Source of the DNA: Macrostomum lignano
Taxonomy: Eukaryota
DNA length: 64,000 bases
Assembly (NCBI GenBank): GCA_002269645.1
Contig: NIVC01000105.1
Location: forward strand, 535,992 to 599,991
Reading direction: 5' to 3'
Below, in pieces: positions 1 to 13,200 of this stretch. The notes below the pieces were generated by a model, which was not told the origin of the DNA, ran no database searches, and saw only the letters and a list, made by a program, of their open reading frames with translations. Positions within the stretch are counted from its first letter, which is position 1. Every line of letters begins with the position of its first letter. The translations under genes and the position numbers were made by a program.

Positions 1-163
1 GCATTTTATATTGATGATTATATCCGTGCCTATAAGCTCAAATATTATAGTTATAGACGCGGCCACCATGCCTACAAGTATTCCACTTAAATAATAGCCG
101 GATAGGGTCTAGGCTAAACTCTCTAACAATAAAATATTTATAAAATAAATAATAACTTATAAT

Positions 164-344
164 CAGTGGCATATGGTAGGTAACGGGGCTAGGTCCCCCT
201 GAAATTAACTCTCCTTGAAAAATCTACCGAAAAGTTGCTTTTTTTCCGATAATTTTCTGGAGAAAAAACCCTTCCCTTGTATACCCCCTCCTTTGGGTGC
301 TAAATGCCCCCCCCCCCCTGAAAAAATTTCTGGCAGTGCCACTG
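164..344. mobile_element. hAT-type MITE
   Basis: TIR CAGTGGCA...TGCCACTG; exact 8-bp TSD CTTATAAT at 156-163 and 345-352. Confidence 0.85.
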
Positions 345-422
345 CTTATAATCTTAAACATATTCTAAATAATGAGTTCTTAAATTTAAAAAAATCATTC
401 TACTAATTTATATTACATAGAC

Positions 423-638
423 TAGGGGACACAAAATCCCGGAATCCCGGATTCGAAATCCCGGACAAAGTGGGCAACGGAGAATGGACATGTATGCATG
501 TATGTTCCTTATTTGAACTAACTGCCATTTTACGATAAAATACTTGCTATTATATCAGACATTATAAAAACATAGCCTTAACGTTCCGGGATTGAATCCC
601 GACCCTGTGAATCCCGGGATCCGGGATTGTGACCCCTA
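423..638. mobile_element. hAT-type MITE (TAGGG ends)
   Basis: Imperfect TIR TAGGGGACACAAAATCCCGGA / TCCGGGATTGTGACCCCTA; exact 8-bp TSD ACATAGAC at 415-422 and 639-646. Confidence 0.85.
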
Positions 639-1400
639 ACATAGACCATCTTTATATAAAATTATTGGCCTATTGCTAGCAGGTTGGACTAAGCAGAGCC
701 TAATATAATATTGCAAAAATAAAGCCAAATGAAAAAAAGGCCAAGCCTAGGGCCTATAACTTATTTATGAGTAGGCCTAGTGGCAGCATTCATTACACAG
801 TTAATAGGCTGATAGGGTTAAAAGAAGTTTAAAGACAGGTAGACCCTAATACTAAAGCAACATGAATAGATAGCATATTACAAATTTAGTAGGACTATAC
901 TATATTGCGATTGTAGGATTTTTAAAAGTATGAATGAAAAGTGGATCTTATGAAAAGTTAGATTTCATACAGTGTATGCCTATACAGTGCATTAAATTTA
1001 TAAATATAAGTATTAGACACTTATTCTAGCAATTTAGCGCTGCAGATAATTTTTTTTCAAGTAAGCTTTTTTACAAGAAACTCATCTTGCTCGACAATGA
1101 GCGTATAAAATTATTAGTTATAAAGTTGTAGCCCTGGCTTTGACAACACACAAAACTGGACGAGGCAGTCCTTTGCAACATTAATGCTGTGTTACAGAAA
1201 AATCTTTTTTAGAGATTTAACTTTCAGATTTTCAGTCTTTCTCTCAAACTAACTTTTAGTAATTTATAGTCTTATTTCTGACATTTTAGATGCCAAACGC
1301 TTTTTTTAGTGGCCATATTATGTCGTTTTGTTAAAAATAAAGAACGCAACAATTAATATGCATTTCTCAAAACAATGTTAGAGTAAATATTATAAGAAAA

Positions 1401-2300
1401 TTAAAGAGCCATCATGTCAAACATTAAAGAGCCATTATGTCAAATATTAAAGAGCCACCATTTCAAACATTAAAGAGCCATCATTACAGACATTAAGGTG
1501 CCACCAGGTCAAACATTAAAGAACCACCATGCCTAACATTAACGAGTCACCATGTCAAGCATATGCGTGACTCCATGTCAAACATTAAAGAGCCATCATG
1601 TCAAACATTAAAGAGCCACCATGTCGAACATAAAATAGCCACCATGTCTAACATTAAAGAGCCACCATGTCAAACAATGGTGGCCATGTCAAGCGTATAC
1701 ATGACTCCATTTCAGACATTAAAGTGCCACTATGTCAAACATTAAAGAGCCACCACGTCAAACATAGAAGAGCCACCATGTACAACATAAAAAGTCACCA
1801 TGTCAAACATTTAGGAGCCACCATGTCAAACGTCGAATAGCCACCATGGCAAACATAAGAGACACCATTTCAAACGTAAAAAGAAGTGTCATGCCAATCA
1901 TAAAGGAGCCACTATAAAGCTAAGTAAATTGTCTCACTAGCTACTTATTGTTTGGTGGATGCTTGCTATTTATGGATCGATACTTGCTATTAGGTGGATG
2001 CTTGCTATCTGGGGTTGCTTGCTATCTGGGGGTGCCTGCTATCTTTGGGTGCTTGCTTTTAGGTGGATGCTTGCTATCTGGGGGTGCTTGCTATCTGTGG
2101 GGGGATGCTTGCTATCTGGGGGTGCTTGCTATCTGGGGGGATGCTTGCATGCTGTCTTGTGATGTTTTCTTTTTGCATTGCTCTTCATTTGAGCAGTTTG
2201 TCTATTGTCTTTGTGAAGGCTTTTTTGGCTGTCTTTTTGATACGCGTAGAGAACAGCGATTCTATCCAGATGTCCCCCATCGGGGGGCGAAGATTGCTAG
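1401..2300 (+). mobile_element. 3' portion of a non-autonomous Helitron-like element
   Basis: 23-bp array (1401-1920, unit TTAAAGAGCCACCATGTCAAACA), then 17-18-bp array (about 1960-2150), then hairpin CCCCC-ATC-GGGGG and terminal CTAG followed by T at 2297-2301. Same architecture and sequence as 22,400-25,947. Confidence 0.7.
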
Positions 2301-3853
2301 TTAAAATTAAAAGTTAAAATTAAAAGTTAAATTTAAGTTGTATTTTCATATATCATCCATGGAATCAGCATGGACGAGGGGTCGCACTCCATGGATGAAA
2401 ATTCCATGGCCATCCATGATATCAACATGGATCATGGACCATCCATGATTTGGCCATGATCCTGGTTTAGGGTAGTGCTGCCACAAGCTTAGGTACTGTC
2501 ATATCCGTAATGAAGGGCTCTCTTTGGGTCCCACGCAAATAAATAACGCTAGAACAACTAGTCTCAGAGATATTTATGTCCAATTGACAGGACTCAATGG
2601 TAGCAAATGGCCTAAGCGGCGCAGTCCTAGCACTGACTGAAATTGTCCGCGCATGAGCGTGTCGGAGTGTAGCTCCCAGAGGATCCCCAACTCCTGATAA
2701 CCTTATGGCTAACTAGTCTCGCGCAGATGGGCGGCGATGGTAAGTCTATGCGCCTGAAGCATCAATAGACTCACAACTAACTAAGTCTAACCAGCTATTT
2801 CTTAGAATCGCACACGTGTACTGCGACTGCCTGTGTCGCGAATAAACTATCAGCAGAATGACTTTAGCCAACTGACTTCCTGCCAATAGGGAAGGCTGGA
2901 AACAGTGCTATAGCTCTAGCAATGCTCTACCAAGACCTGCTCAGGAGCGTGCTTTCTGCTTCTAGCGATGCTTTGCTCTACCAACCTGCTCAGGAGCTTT
3001 GGTTCGCTGTTAACCGGCGCTAGAGCGCTAGAACTTGGAGATGTTTTTCGACAAGTTCCTCAAGACGGTTCTGAGGAGAAAATCAGACAGATCGGTCTGC
3101 ATGCATTAATATAGAACGCGGAGGTGGAGCGTTTGGGCATTCCGTGGACTGACCATTGAACGGCAGCCAGAACCCTAGTCACCAGATACATTGCCACAAT
3201 GTTTCCACAAAGTTGTTATATCATGTTGCTGAATTGTTGCCATCAATGTTGCTACAACAGATTATTTGTCGTGACGTTGTCAACATTGCAACGTTGTTGT
3301 AACTGTAGCGACTTTCTTCATTTGTTCCACCTTCTCGCTTATGTTAGTATGTCTTAATTCTGATTGGCTGCCTCTCTGCGCTTAACTCTATCTCTGCCTT
3401 CTCTGCCTTCTGGTCGCGCCTTGTACCCACTCCCCATTGCACGCTTACTTGTTTTCGTTATCACCTTCTACCCCCCTCTCGCTCTCGTGCTCTAATTATT
3501 CACCCGTCTCTTATCGTGAATGCAACCCCACCCCCTAATTTAGGCAATGTCTTTTAAATATATGAATTTGGGCCCTGCGCCCTCTGGTCTGGTTTGTGTT
3601 CAATTCCAAATAAAGGCTTACCGATATTATTTACAGTAACAACATAGATACATCCTTATACTACTCTACTATGAGTAGTGCAGCGAGAGTTGTGAATAAA
3701 ATAAATTAAGGCATAAAATTGTTAAACCAGAATTAACTTTTTTAGCGCTGAAAATATCTACCATTTTAATTGCAAAAGGATGGATACATGTTTCCAGATA
3801 AGTTTGTGAGTTGCGTTCTGTGAGTATTTTCCTATCCTTCTATCTTCTAATAA

Positions 3854-6800
3854 TCTAAATATACTAAATCTCTAATATTTGTATGCTTGAATGAATGTCC
3901 ATAACGCTCTAGAGATTCTATTCTAATCTTCTAATCTAATCTTCTAAATATACTAAATCTCTAATATTTGTTTGTTTGTATGTTTGTCCATAACGCTCTA
4001 GAACTCGCATTTCTTGACCAATTTTGATCGCGTTTTCGCCAAAAGATTTGTAATCAGCCTGGGATTGTATGGTTAAAATTTCTTGTATCTGCTTCAATGC
4101 TAAAGGGATTAAATATTCGAAAAACATGCTTTTTTGCAAAGGTCAAGCAGCTCTTTCGACTTGAAATGCATTGTAAGAATGCTAGATAAAAAACTGACTG
4201 GCTGAATTCTGATCCTGATAAAGATTGCATCACAACAAGTTCAAAACACTGTGCAAGAAAAGCACAAGACAGAAATGCGTAACCATATTGCTATCTTAAA
4301 TTGAGACTGATACTGACTGCCAGAGTAATTGATTATGTCATAGCTGCTTCATGTGACTTTCACTCGAAGAGAATTTGTGTTAGTATTCGTGTAACGTTCT
4401 AGAGATCGAACCGATTGACCAATTTTTATCGCGTTTTCGCCAAAAGGTTTGTAATTATCTGGAAATGAGACAGTTAAAATTTCTTTAATTGGCTTTAATG
4501 CTAAAGGTATTAAATATTCGAAAAACGAGTTTTCCCAATGCTTTTAATGGGAGGGCAAACTAGGTTGAATTCTTGGCCGGCTGAATTCCAATTCCAATTA
4601 TGATTGCGCCATAACTTTTCTCTCTCTACTGTGTAAGCTTTAATACTGGTTGCAGTGTGCAAGGAGAAAAAATGCTTAGTGGCTGCGTGTGTACATTCTG
4701 ACCCTGGCTCTGACTGGCGGACTCCATAGAAAATTGTTATTTATAGATTTCACTCAATCAACTGTGCATTGGCTCCGCCTGCACGCCTACACACTGAGCA
4801 GCCTATCACTTCTTATCACTGCTATGTATTTTAACTGCAGTTCTGAAGCATATATGGCTGATTTTGTTGTCCTCCCATCAGTTGGCGGAGTAGCCGCACT
4901 GTAGGCACTAGGATTAGGTTTAGGCTAGGCGTAAGGTTCAAGGTTCGAGTCTGCCTCCCCGGCGGATAATTAAAATAAAAATAATTCAATAATTTATAGC
5001 TTGTGCCTTGACGAATTGGAACACTTTTTGATTAATTTCAGTTGAAACATTTTTTATTAACTAGCAATTCTTTTTTTGCTACTCGGCACAAGCCACTAAT
5101 CAAATTTTATTTGTAAAAACTGCTTCGAGTATAACTGATCCCATCAATGGGTATTGTCTTGCTCCATAAAAGTACGAAATTACTAAACTGCAGACAATGC
5201 TGCTAAATTGCTTAAAGGTATTGCTAAATGCAGAGCTTTTCAAGACTGCCGATATGTATCGAAAATTGTTTAGTGAGCCGTACAAATCTGAGCTGAGGTG
5301 CCGGCCAGAGAAGAACTGCAGACTGTGAATTAGTTCCTCCAGAATCTCTAAATCTAACTTTTAGATTTCACTTAACTGCGCATTGGCTCTGCCTGCATGC
5401 AACCAGTGCACTAAGCAGCCTATCACTGCTGTGTATTTGACTGCAGTGCCAAAGCATATATGACTGATTTTGTCGCCCTCCAATCAATAGGCGGAGTAGC
5501 CGCACTGTAGGCACTAGGACCAGGTTTAGGATAGGCGTAAGGTCCCAGGTGCGAGTCTGCCTCGCAGCGGACAATTAAAATTGAACTAATTATTTCATTT
5601 TAGCTTGTGCTTCCAGTAATTGAAACTTTTATGCTTAATTAACAAGGCGCACTTAATGAATTACATGTATTTTTGCTATTTGGCACAAGTCGCTAAGCAA
5701 ATTTGATTTGTAAAAACTGCTTCGAGTACATGTATTACGAGCGCACTGATCTCATCAATGGGTATATTGCCTAGCTCCATGAAAGTATGAAATTGCTAAA
5801 TTGCAGACGGTTCTGAAAAAGAAACTGCTGAAGGTATTGCTTATGAGCATATAGCTGCAGACTAATGAGAGGGAAAACTGCCGACTAATTGGAGGATAAT
5901 GGCAGACTTCTGAGGCTCATAACTAACTATTGAGTTTTGAGTGGATACGAGTATTAACTATGGAAGTTTAAGTACAAGTTGTTAAGGGGATTACCGCCAG
6001 CTGCTAAGTGAAATATTTTTGCTTCGGGGACAATTATATGCCGCTGAGGGTAAACATGCCTAATTTTAATAAAAGTTGTAGAATGCAAAGTAGATGATAA
6101 ATGTCGGCTGCTAAGAAATAACTGCAGTTTTTTTGCGGGATTAGATGCAGGGATAATTTCAGGTTGTTGTTGGGATAAATGCCGATTTATGGGGCTTAGG
6201 TTTAAATATGGAGATAAGTGTCCATCTGCGGAAAGTGCTGGTAAATTATTGCTAAACTGCTGGTGAACCATTGCTAAAGTGATGCTGAACCACTGTAATT
6301 TTTTTTAATAAAGTCTACTTTGAACAGAAGAAAACTCTACGCAAGAAAAAGCGAAAAAAGAATCACCATGTCAACCATAAAAGAAGCGGTCTGTCGAGCA
6401 TAAAAGACTCAATCTTAATTGCTAAGATGTCAGGGTTGGTATGGGAAATTGCTTTGATGTCAAGACTAATGGGAGAATTTCTAAGATCTCAAGGCTTAGG
6501 GGGGAATTGCTATAATGATGTAATTCTGGGGAGAATTGCTTTGATTCAAAGTTTCATTTGTGAAATTGTTGAGTTATAAAGGCTCATTGGAAAATTGCTT
6601 TGCTGTTAAAGCTCATGGGGATAATTACTGGAATGCTTTGGCTGTTGAGGAACTGCCGAGATTGTTAGGGTAAGGTAAGGGTTAGACCATTAATTAAATT
6701 GGCTTGTCAAACATTAAAGACTTCATTGGGGAATACCAAAGCTCATGGGGGATATCTGGATTATACTGTGGCTCAAGGCTCGGGGGGAATTGCTGTGATT

Positions 6801-7210
6801 GCAAGACTTCGGGATATTGTCTAAATTTTGTGGCTCAATTAGGAGTTTCTGAGATATTTCTGAGAGATCAATGCTCATTATGGAATCACTGAAATGTCAA
6901 TGCTCACGGGAGATCCCTGTAATGCTGTAGACTGTGGCTCTTTGGGTATTGCTGAGATACTAAGGTTCACATGAGACTGGCTGAGATGTCAAAGACTCAT
7001 AAGAGAATAGCTGAAATTCACGAAAGTTCAAGGGTAATTGTTGAAATACTATGGCTCATGGTGGGACTTGCTGAAACGCTGTGACTTGGCAGGGTTACGG
7101 TTAGTTTTCAACCATGACTCATGTGGAATTTCCAAGATAGGTTAGTCGCTAAATTTTAAGGCTCATTGGGGAAAGTTTTGGATTTCAAAAGCTCATGGTG
7201 GAATTGCTGA
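3854..7210 (+). mobile_element. Non-autonomous Helitron-like element, 3' end not found
   Basis: Starts TCTAAATATACTAAA (3854 and again 3943) followed by GTTT/GTAT simple repeats; shares blocks with 18,621-19,650 and 21,890-22,210; internal duplication of about 600 bp (4745-5340 vs 5365-5900); degenerate array at 6400-7210. Confidence 0.55.
6400..7210. repeat. Highly degenerate tandem array (about 30-35 bp, core AAGGCTCATTGGGGAATTGCTGAGAT)
   Basis: Recurring GGCTCA(T)GGGG...AATTGCT motif across about 800 bp. Confidence 0.6.
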
Positions 7211-8414
7211 AATCATTTGGGATTCGGCGCTTTGGTTTTTGTGTTGGCGGCGGGCCTGTTGCTGACGGCGTCGGCACCGGGGCAGCGTCCTCTACGGCAG
7301 ACTCAGTCTCGAGTGGCGGAGACTGCGCGACTGTGGCGGTTGCATAGTCGTATCGTTGCCCCCAGCTTCTGGCGACACAGGCGATGTTAGCTTCTGGCGA
7401 CACAAGCGATGTTGGCGGCTGACTTCTCGGCCGCGTTTCTTTCATCAGAACTAGGTGACATAGGCAGAAGCTGAGCTGCTGTCTTTATCACTTCTGCTGC
7501 TCTAAGCCGATAACAAACCGCCTCACTTCGCTGCTCATCAGCTGCATTCCGAGTCTCGAAGAAGGTGTCTGTATCAGACGCGGAGCCTATCGCAACATTC
7601 TGTGTGATGTAAATATAAAAATCCTGCATTCAGAGTTGATTAGCGGATGGAATCTAATTCCACTGAGATAATGCTATGCTAGATCTGCTTATTTCGAAGA
7701 AAAACCTAGACTTTGAATTGGATAGACAGTCGAGAAAAAAATGAACGAGTCTTTCATAATTTCTACATTGCTTGCGCGATACATAAGGAACTCACACGAC
7801 TTTGGTAACGACGACGGGCTTCCTTGGCTGCACCTTAGCCAAAACGTCACAAAGCCTAACCTTCTTGGCTACTAATTCCCAGATGAACCGGATACTATTA
7901 GTAGGCTGCAACTCCTTGGACGGAATTACCTATAAGAAAAAATACGCAACGAGACGATTTTCAGCCTGGGAAGTCTTCGATGCATGGTATTCACGGCAAT
8001 CAATGAATGAAATACATAACTTACTTGGAGAATGACAGCCTCGTAATATTCCCGTTCGTATTCCACCGAGCATCCTGTCCGACCAAATTTGAGTCCCCTC
8101 AACTCTGACAAGCGGACTAGGACAGTCCGCTACGTGCTTCGGAGCGGACTGGGAAAGGACTGCACAATTACTTTTATACTACTAGTAGTAAACGTCATAA
8201 CATTTTAAAAATTTGTTGAAGGACATTAAAATTAAGTAAAATTATTTGCGTTTTAGTCATGGTAAATTTTATTTTCTGTGAGAAGTAAGAATGTACATAA
8301 TTTATTTTTGTGAAACAATCAGCCGTCAACAGTTATTCACATTTTAATTATGGCACGCGACAGTAAGCTAATAGTTTGCATCGCTATACTATTTCCAAAT
8401 TGTATCACACATAG

Positions 8415-8900
8415 CTAAGTAAAACTCACAGCAGCAATTAATGGTAGAATAAGCACATTAGATGTAAAAATTACGATAAAGTATGGTAAACGAAATGACG
8501 CAGTAACCAGCAAAAAATTAACCATCTTCCTCATCAAATTCGTATTCGCTTTCAATCCGCCAACAACGCTTCGTGGCGCATTGGTCGACTGCTGCAGCAG
8601 TAGCAGCAGTTTTTCTTGTTCCACGAACATGAACACCTGGTTTACTACCAGTGGCAGATGCATCTAATGCTGGCGAACCAACTGCAGCTTGCGGTTCTTC
8701 CAGAGCTGATTTTGCTTCTAGTGTTCGACGCCTTTTTTGTCGCGCTGCTTCTCGCCCAGCCGCATGCCGGAGGATGTCAATGATTGCCAGCTTGACTGCT
8801 CTCTCCGTATACAGCCGCTTTCCATTAGCGTCCATCGGAAACAGTTCCTTGATCACTTCTGTCAAGGAGTGAATTTTAGAAACGGAATTTTTCAACTACA
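8415..8900 (-). pseudogene. Possible CACTA accessory-protein exon (DUF4806/BEN-like C-terminus)
   Basis: TERAVKLAIIDILRHAAGREAAR resembles the C-terminal helix of DUF4806-type transposon proteins; preceded by an acceptor-like TTGACAG; divergent from the transposase at 10.1 kb. Confidence 0.35.
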
Positions 8901-9636
8901 CTACATCATCACTACACTCTCCCCGTTCAAATGAAGAGGCGGAGCGAAAGCGAAGCGCGCTTTATTTAAGAAAATAGAAAGATGTTGATTTACTAAACAA
9001 AAATGGCGGCAAAAGGATGGCAAATGTCACGCCTTAATCGGCAATGGCTGGGCCAGGACCAGGATTGCAGCCCTAAATTGAATGCAAAAAGGGGGGCGCC
9101 AGCCCCTGAGAAAAGGCGCCTAAATAGGCGGGATGCTCTCAAACAGTAGCAGGGCCCGTCAATTCGTGAAAAATAGAAAAAGGTTTTACCAGGCAGTGTA
9201 AAATGGCCAGACAGGCCTCGTGTCAAGTGGCTGGGCGAAGGCCGGTGTGTTGCCCTAATGCATGCGGGGGCGCCGGCCCGCGAGACAAAAGGCGCCTAAA
9301 TAGGTTTACAAACTAAAATAGGGCCAATAGCACCAACCGGGACGGACCAACCTGAGGGCCCCAGAACAAAACTCGCACCTTGAAGAAATAGCAAAGGGGA
9401 GCGAATGAGAGATTAGGAGGGAACCTGAGATTGGGCCAAAATTGTCCCGGTTAATAGTCAGTTCAAAGTTCAGACTTTGGCCCACGTGAAACTCTTTGCA
9501 TTTAATTAAATTGGATTTCGACTATACTTGTATTTTCGAAAGTATTACGAGTACAATTAATGCAGCGACTTCGAAAACTACTCGTACATGCAACCCTAGT
9601 TAATTGATTAATAAAATGGTTTAAAGGGTTTGAGCT

Positions 9637-9640
<4 letters not shown>

Positions 9641-9700
<60 letters not shown>
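9641..9700. repeat. (AG)30 microsatellite
   Basis: Perfect dinucleotide run. Confidence 0.98.
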
Positions 9701-9702
<2 letters not shown>

Positions 9703-10157
9703 GCTATATAAACAAAGAGTCTGCTTTCTTCTTCTATTTTCCCTCGCTTTATATGCTTTATGACCCTACATGATTCATGCGTCTTCGATTGCATAATAGC
9801 GAGGACCTAGCGTATTATTTAAAAGTCATATTAAATTTTAATATGTTATTAAGATGTAAACAAAAGAAAAATAAATAGTCAACAACAGCTGTCACTGTAA
9901 AATAAAACTAAATTTACGAAATCAAACCACTCGAAAATTTGTGTCAAAGTTTGGACGAGGCTCCGCTCTGCTGATTCGTTGGCGCCAATCGTTCAACCAA
10001 TCCTAGTCCACCTCATCCCTCAGTCTAGAGCCTCCCGCCCTATCTACCCTCCGCTCCGTTCGCCAAACCAAACTTTATTGTTACCATCTAGTTTGTTAAA
10101 GAATTTAAATTTAAACTGGTGAAGAATAATTACTATGTTATCACTATATTCAGCTAA

Positions 10158-12359
10158 TATGCCTAAAAGAAGGAATCCAGAGAATGACACCAACCCAAGT
10201 AGGCAGTTGATAAACGTTCTGTCCGAAAGTCTTGCGTCAGTCAAGCAGAATGGAAATGGAAGTGGAATGAATGCCTTAACTGAAACCGAACCCGAAGCAG
10301 TCGTAAATGGTTTTTTAAGAAGTCATCAGTTCAGAAAGTGAAGACATTCTCGACATTCGATATCGTTAAGAGACCTTGGCTCTTCCTGCGGACGATTCTG
10401 AAGATGGCTTTGGCGAAGCGAGAGGAGTTCAGGACACAACCGATGGAGCAACACCCACCATTGAAAATCGTGACGACGAGCTTATTATCCTATACTTGAT
10501 GTACAACTTGTCACACAGAGTCATGCAATTCTTGCTAAACGCGCTATACAGCCGCAATCTGCCAGTATCTAAGACTCTCTATCTACTGACGTGTAAAAGA
10601 TGCAAAGCAAAGAATTAAGAAATATTCCATGGGATCTGGACAATTTGCGTATTTAGGAATCACTTTGTATATCGCATATATTTTGCTGAAATTAAGTCAT
10701 CCTACTCAACTTCCTGATGGTACAAACGACTACAAATTGGATGGAAAAGTCGGTATAGACGGAATGCCAGTTTACAATTCTTCCAATTACTCCGCCTGGC
10801 CAATCCTGGCATCCATTCTGGGATTTGATAGACCGGTACCCGTCGCATTGTATGCCGGATTAGGCAAACCACCCCTAGAGGGAGTACCTCGCCGATTTTT
10901 GCAAGGAGGCAGCCGAGATGATGTCCAATTTCGAGACAATTGAAGGAGTCAAAATCAAAATCAAAGCCATTCAATTTGTCTGTGACGCCCCAGCACGGTC
11001 CTTCATCACAAAAACACTGGGTCACAACTCTCACAACGGCTGCTTCTACTGTAGGGCGGTAGCAAAGACTTTCGACAGGCGAGTTGTGTATCCGACAGCA
11101 GTCGGAGAACCTCGTACAGCAGAAGATTATAGCACCGGAGGGTAAGAAACACAGTTCTTTCCTCTCTTCAGTTTCCTGAAATCTCCTCTTAATTCTTCCA
11201 TCCCTTCACTACCCAGTATGCCCAGTATGGCTTCATCTCCCGCTATCTATTGTAGCCCAATATAACTCCATTTAACCCCCTCTTTATAGCTCTATCTATG
11301 CTATGTGTTGCTTTTCATCTGATTTTAAATTATTGTGTCCTTCTCTAAACTGTCTGTCCCAACCCAATAATCTTCCCATTTTTGCAGAGAGTTAAATCAA
11401 CGAGCGGGACTTGGCCCTCTAATGCTTTTGAAGGAACTGGAATTTCCTAAGTGCATACCGCCGGACCATATGCACCTAGTGTGCCTTGGAACAGTGCGCA
11501 AGCTATTCCATTTTCTGTTCGCCACCGGTAATTGCCGCAACTGCAAAATCCGACCCTCCGAAATAACAGCATTATCGGATGAAATCGAGAAGTGTGCTCC
11601 TTTTACTCCATCTAATTTTCAAAGGCGCCCCCGGCGTATTGATCAGGAGCTGTCCCACTTTAAGGCTTCAGAGCTGAAGAACTTCCTGCTGTATTTTGGC
11701 TCCTTTCTATTTCGCCGGTATCTGCCAGAAAAAAACTGTATAAGAAATTTACTCTTCTCCACTTCGCGATCTATGTTCTTATGTCATCCGACTTATGTGC
11801 TAATCATGAAATTTTCCGCTATGCAGAAGCCTGTCTGAAGACTTCGTTGCGGACGCCCACGCAATCTAAGGATTGCGTTATGAGCCACAACACCCACGTC
11901 TTACTTCATCTCCCTCAATTTGTTCAGCTTTTTGGATCTCTCAGTAATTTCTCCGCATTTCCTTTTGAAAACTATTTGTCGCATTTAAAAAGGCGAATTA
12001 GGGTGACCTGGTTCACTGCAGCGCATTTGCTAAATCAAATGCTGAACATTCGCTACTTGTTGACTACAAGCCCTAATTCACCTCTTCGATACTATTCAAA
12101 AGCGCCCGACAACTGCTGCTTAATTGGTAAAAATGTTGTGCGAATCACCAGCGTCTGCGGTGAAGAGGTGACCGGTGTTGTTCTGTCGCTGCTGGACAAC
12201 CTATATGAATATCCCTATCCTTCAGCCCTCTCGGGATCGGCATCTACTCTAAGTCGCGTCGAACCATTACTTGAGTGCCTACGAAGAAGTGTATTCTTCT
12301 GCCTCAACAAAACTGCTTCGTTGTCATACCACAAACAAGTTCGGACTCAACTTAGATAA
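10158..12359 (+). pseudogene. CACTA/EnSpm (CMC superfamily) transposase, frameshifted, with intron
   Basis: Motifs in expected order: GIDGMPVYNSSNYSAWPIL; FVCDAPARSFITKTLGHNSHNGCFYC; PDHMHLVCLG; PSNFQRRPR...FKASELKNFLLY; HNTHVLLHLP...SAFPFENYL. GTAAG...TTTGCAG intron at about 11,143-11,387. Confidence 0.9.
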
Positions 12360-12861
12360 GTATGGCACGTCGAGTGCGCCGCCGGACCTAAACTAAAACA
12401 GTTGAAAAAAACGTCTAAGCGCAGTGGCAGTGTATAAAAAAAAACTTTGCTGACTTTCCATTTCACAGTAAGCACTATCCCCTACTATTTTAGTAGTGGG
12501 GATTTTCCGTGCGCTTTACGTGTTAAATAGGCGCAGTTTTAAGTATATAATGCCATTTCAATTTCAAGTATGCTTCGTATGTTGTGTATACTTGTGCTAG
12601 CTATTATACGAGTAGACAAATTACTGCTCTCGAACGCAACACATAACGCGAATATATGTATATTAATTGCCATGCCATTGTAACACAGCACTTACAAAAA
12701 TTATTTATTTTCATATAATATATTCTCTATTCTCATTTCGTACATTGTTTCTGTATTTTAAAGCTCGACAGCAAGTAAAGTTAAAGGGATCTTGTGGACC
12801 CTTTTATCCCTATCCCTCCAGCCATCCTTAAACCGTTGTCCATCTGTAAATAGCAATCTGT

Positions 12862-13200
12862 AAACGAAGAACATTTTGCAACTTTGGCATCCCGGAAGTA
12901 CTGGTTACTGACAATGGACCACAGTTCGTTGCAAGTGAAACAGAAGCCTGGTTGAAGCGAATTGGAGTGCTACACCTCAAGTCACCCAGATACCATCCCG
13001 CTTCGAATGGAGTAGCCGAGGTAGCAGTGAAATGGCTGAAGACAAAGCTAAAACAGCTAAACGATCCAGACCCGGAAGTTCGAATGCAACAGGCTTTGTA
13101 CGCCATTCGAGTCTGCTCAAGAGCCAACGGGGTCGCTCCGTGTCGAGAAATGTTTGGGCGCCAGTTTAATACTAGACTGTCACTGCTACATTGTCGGTCG
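12862..13200 (+). pseudogene. Ty3/Gypsy integrase core fragment
   Basis: FGIPEVLVTDNGPQF...YHPASNGVAEVAVK...MFGRQFNTRL is the second-D/E region of an LTR retrotransposon integrase. Confidence 0.85.

Noticed and set aside
1948-2317. GGCLLS/MLAIWG repeat ORFs (also 25,631-25,976)
   Set aside because: Artefacts of the 17-18-bp tandem array, open in several frames.
2498-3170. Possible solo LTR starting TGTCATAT
   Set aside because: No matching CA terminus with a TSD could be established.
4884-4965. Functional tRNA genes (also 5,490-5,570 and 19,138-19,212)
   Set aside because: A/B-box-like motifs are present, but I could not fold a cloverleaf, and copies lie inside repeats.
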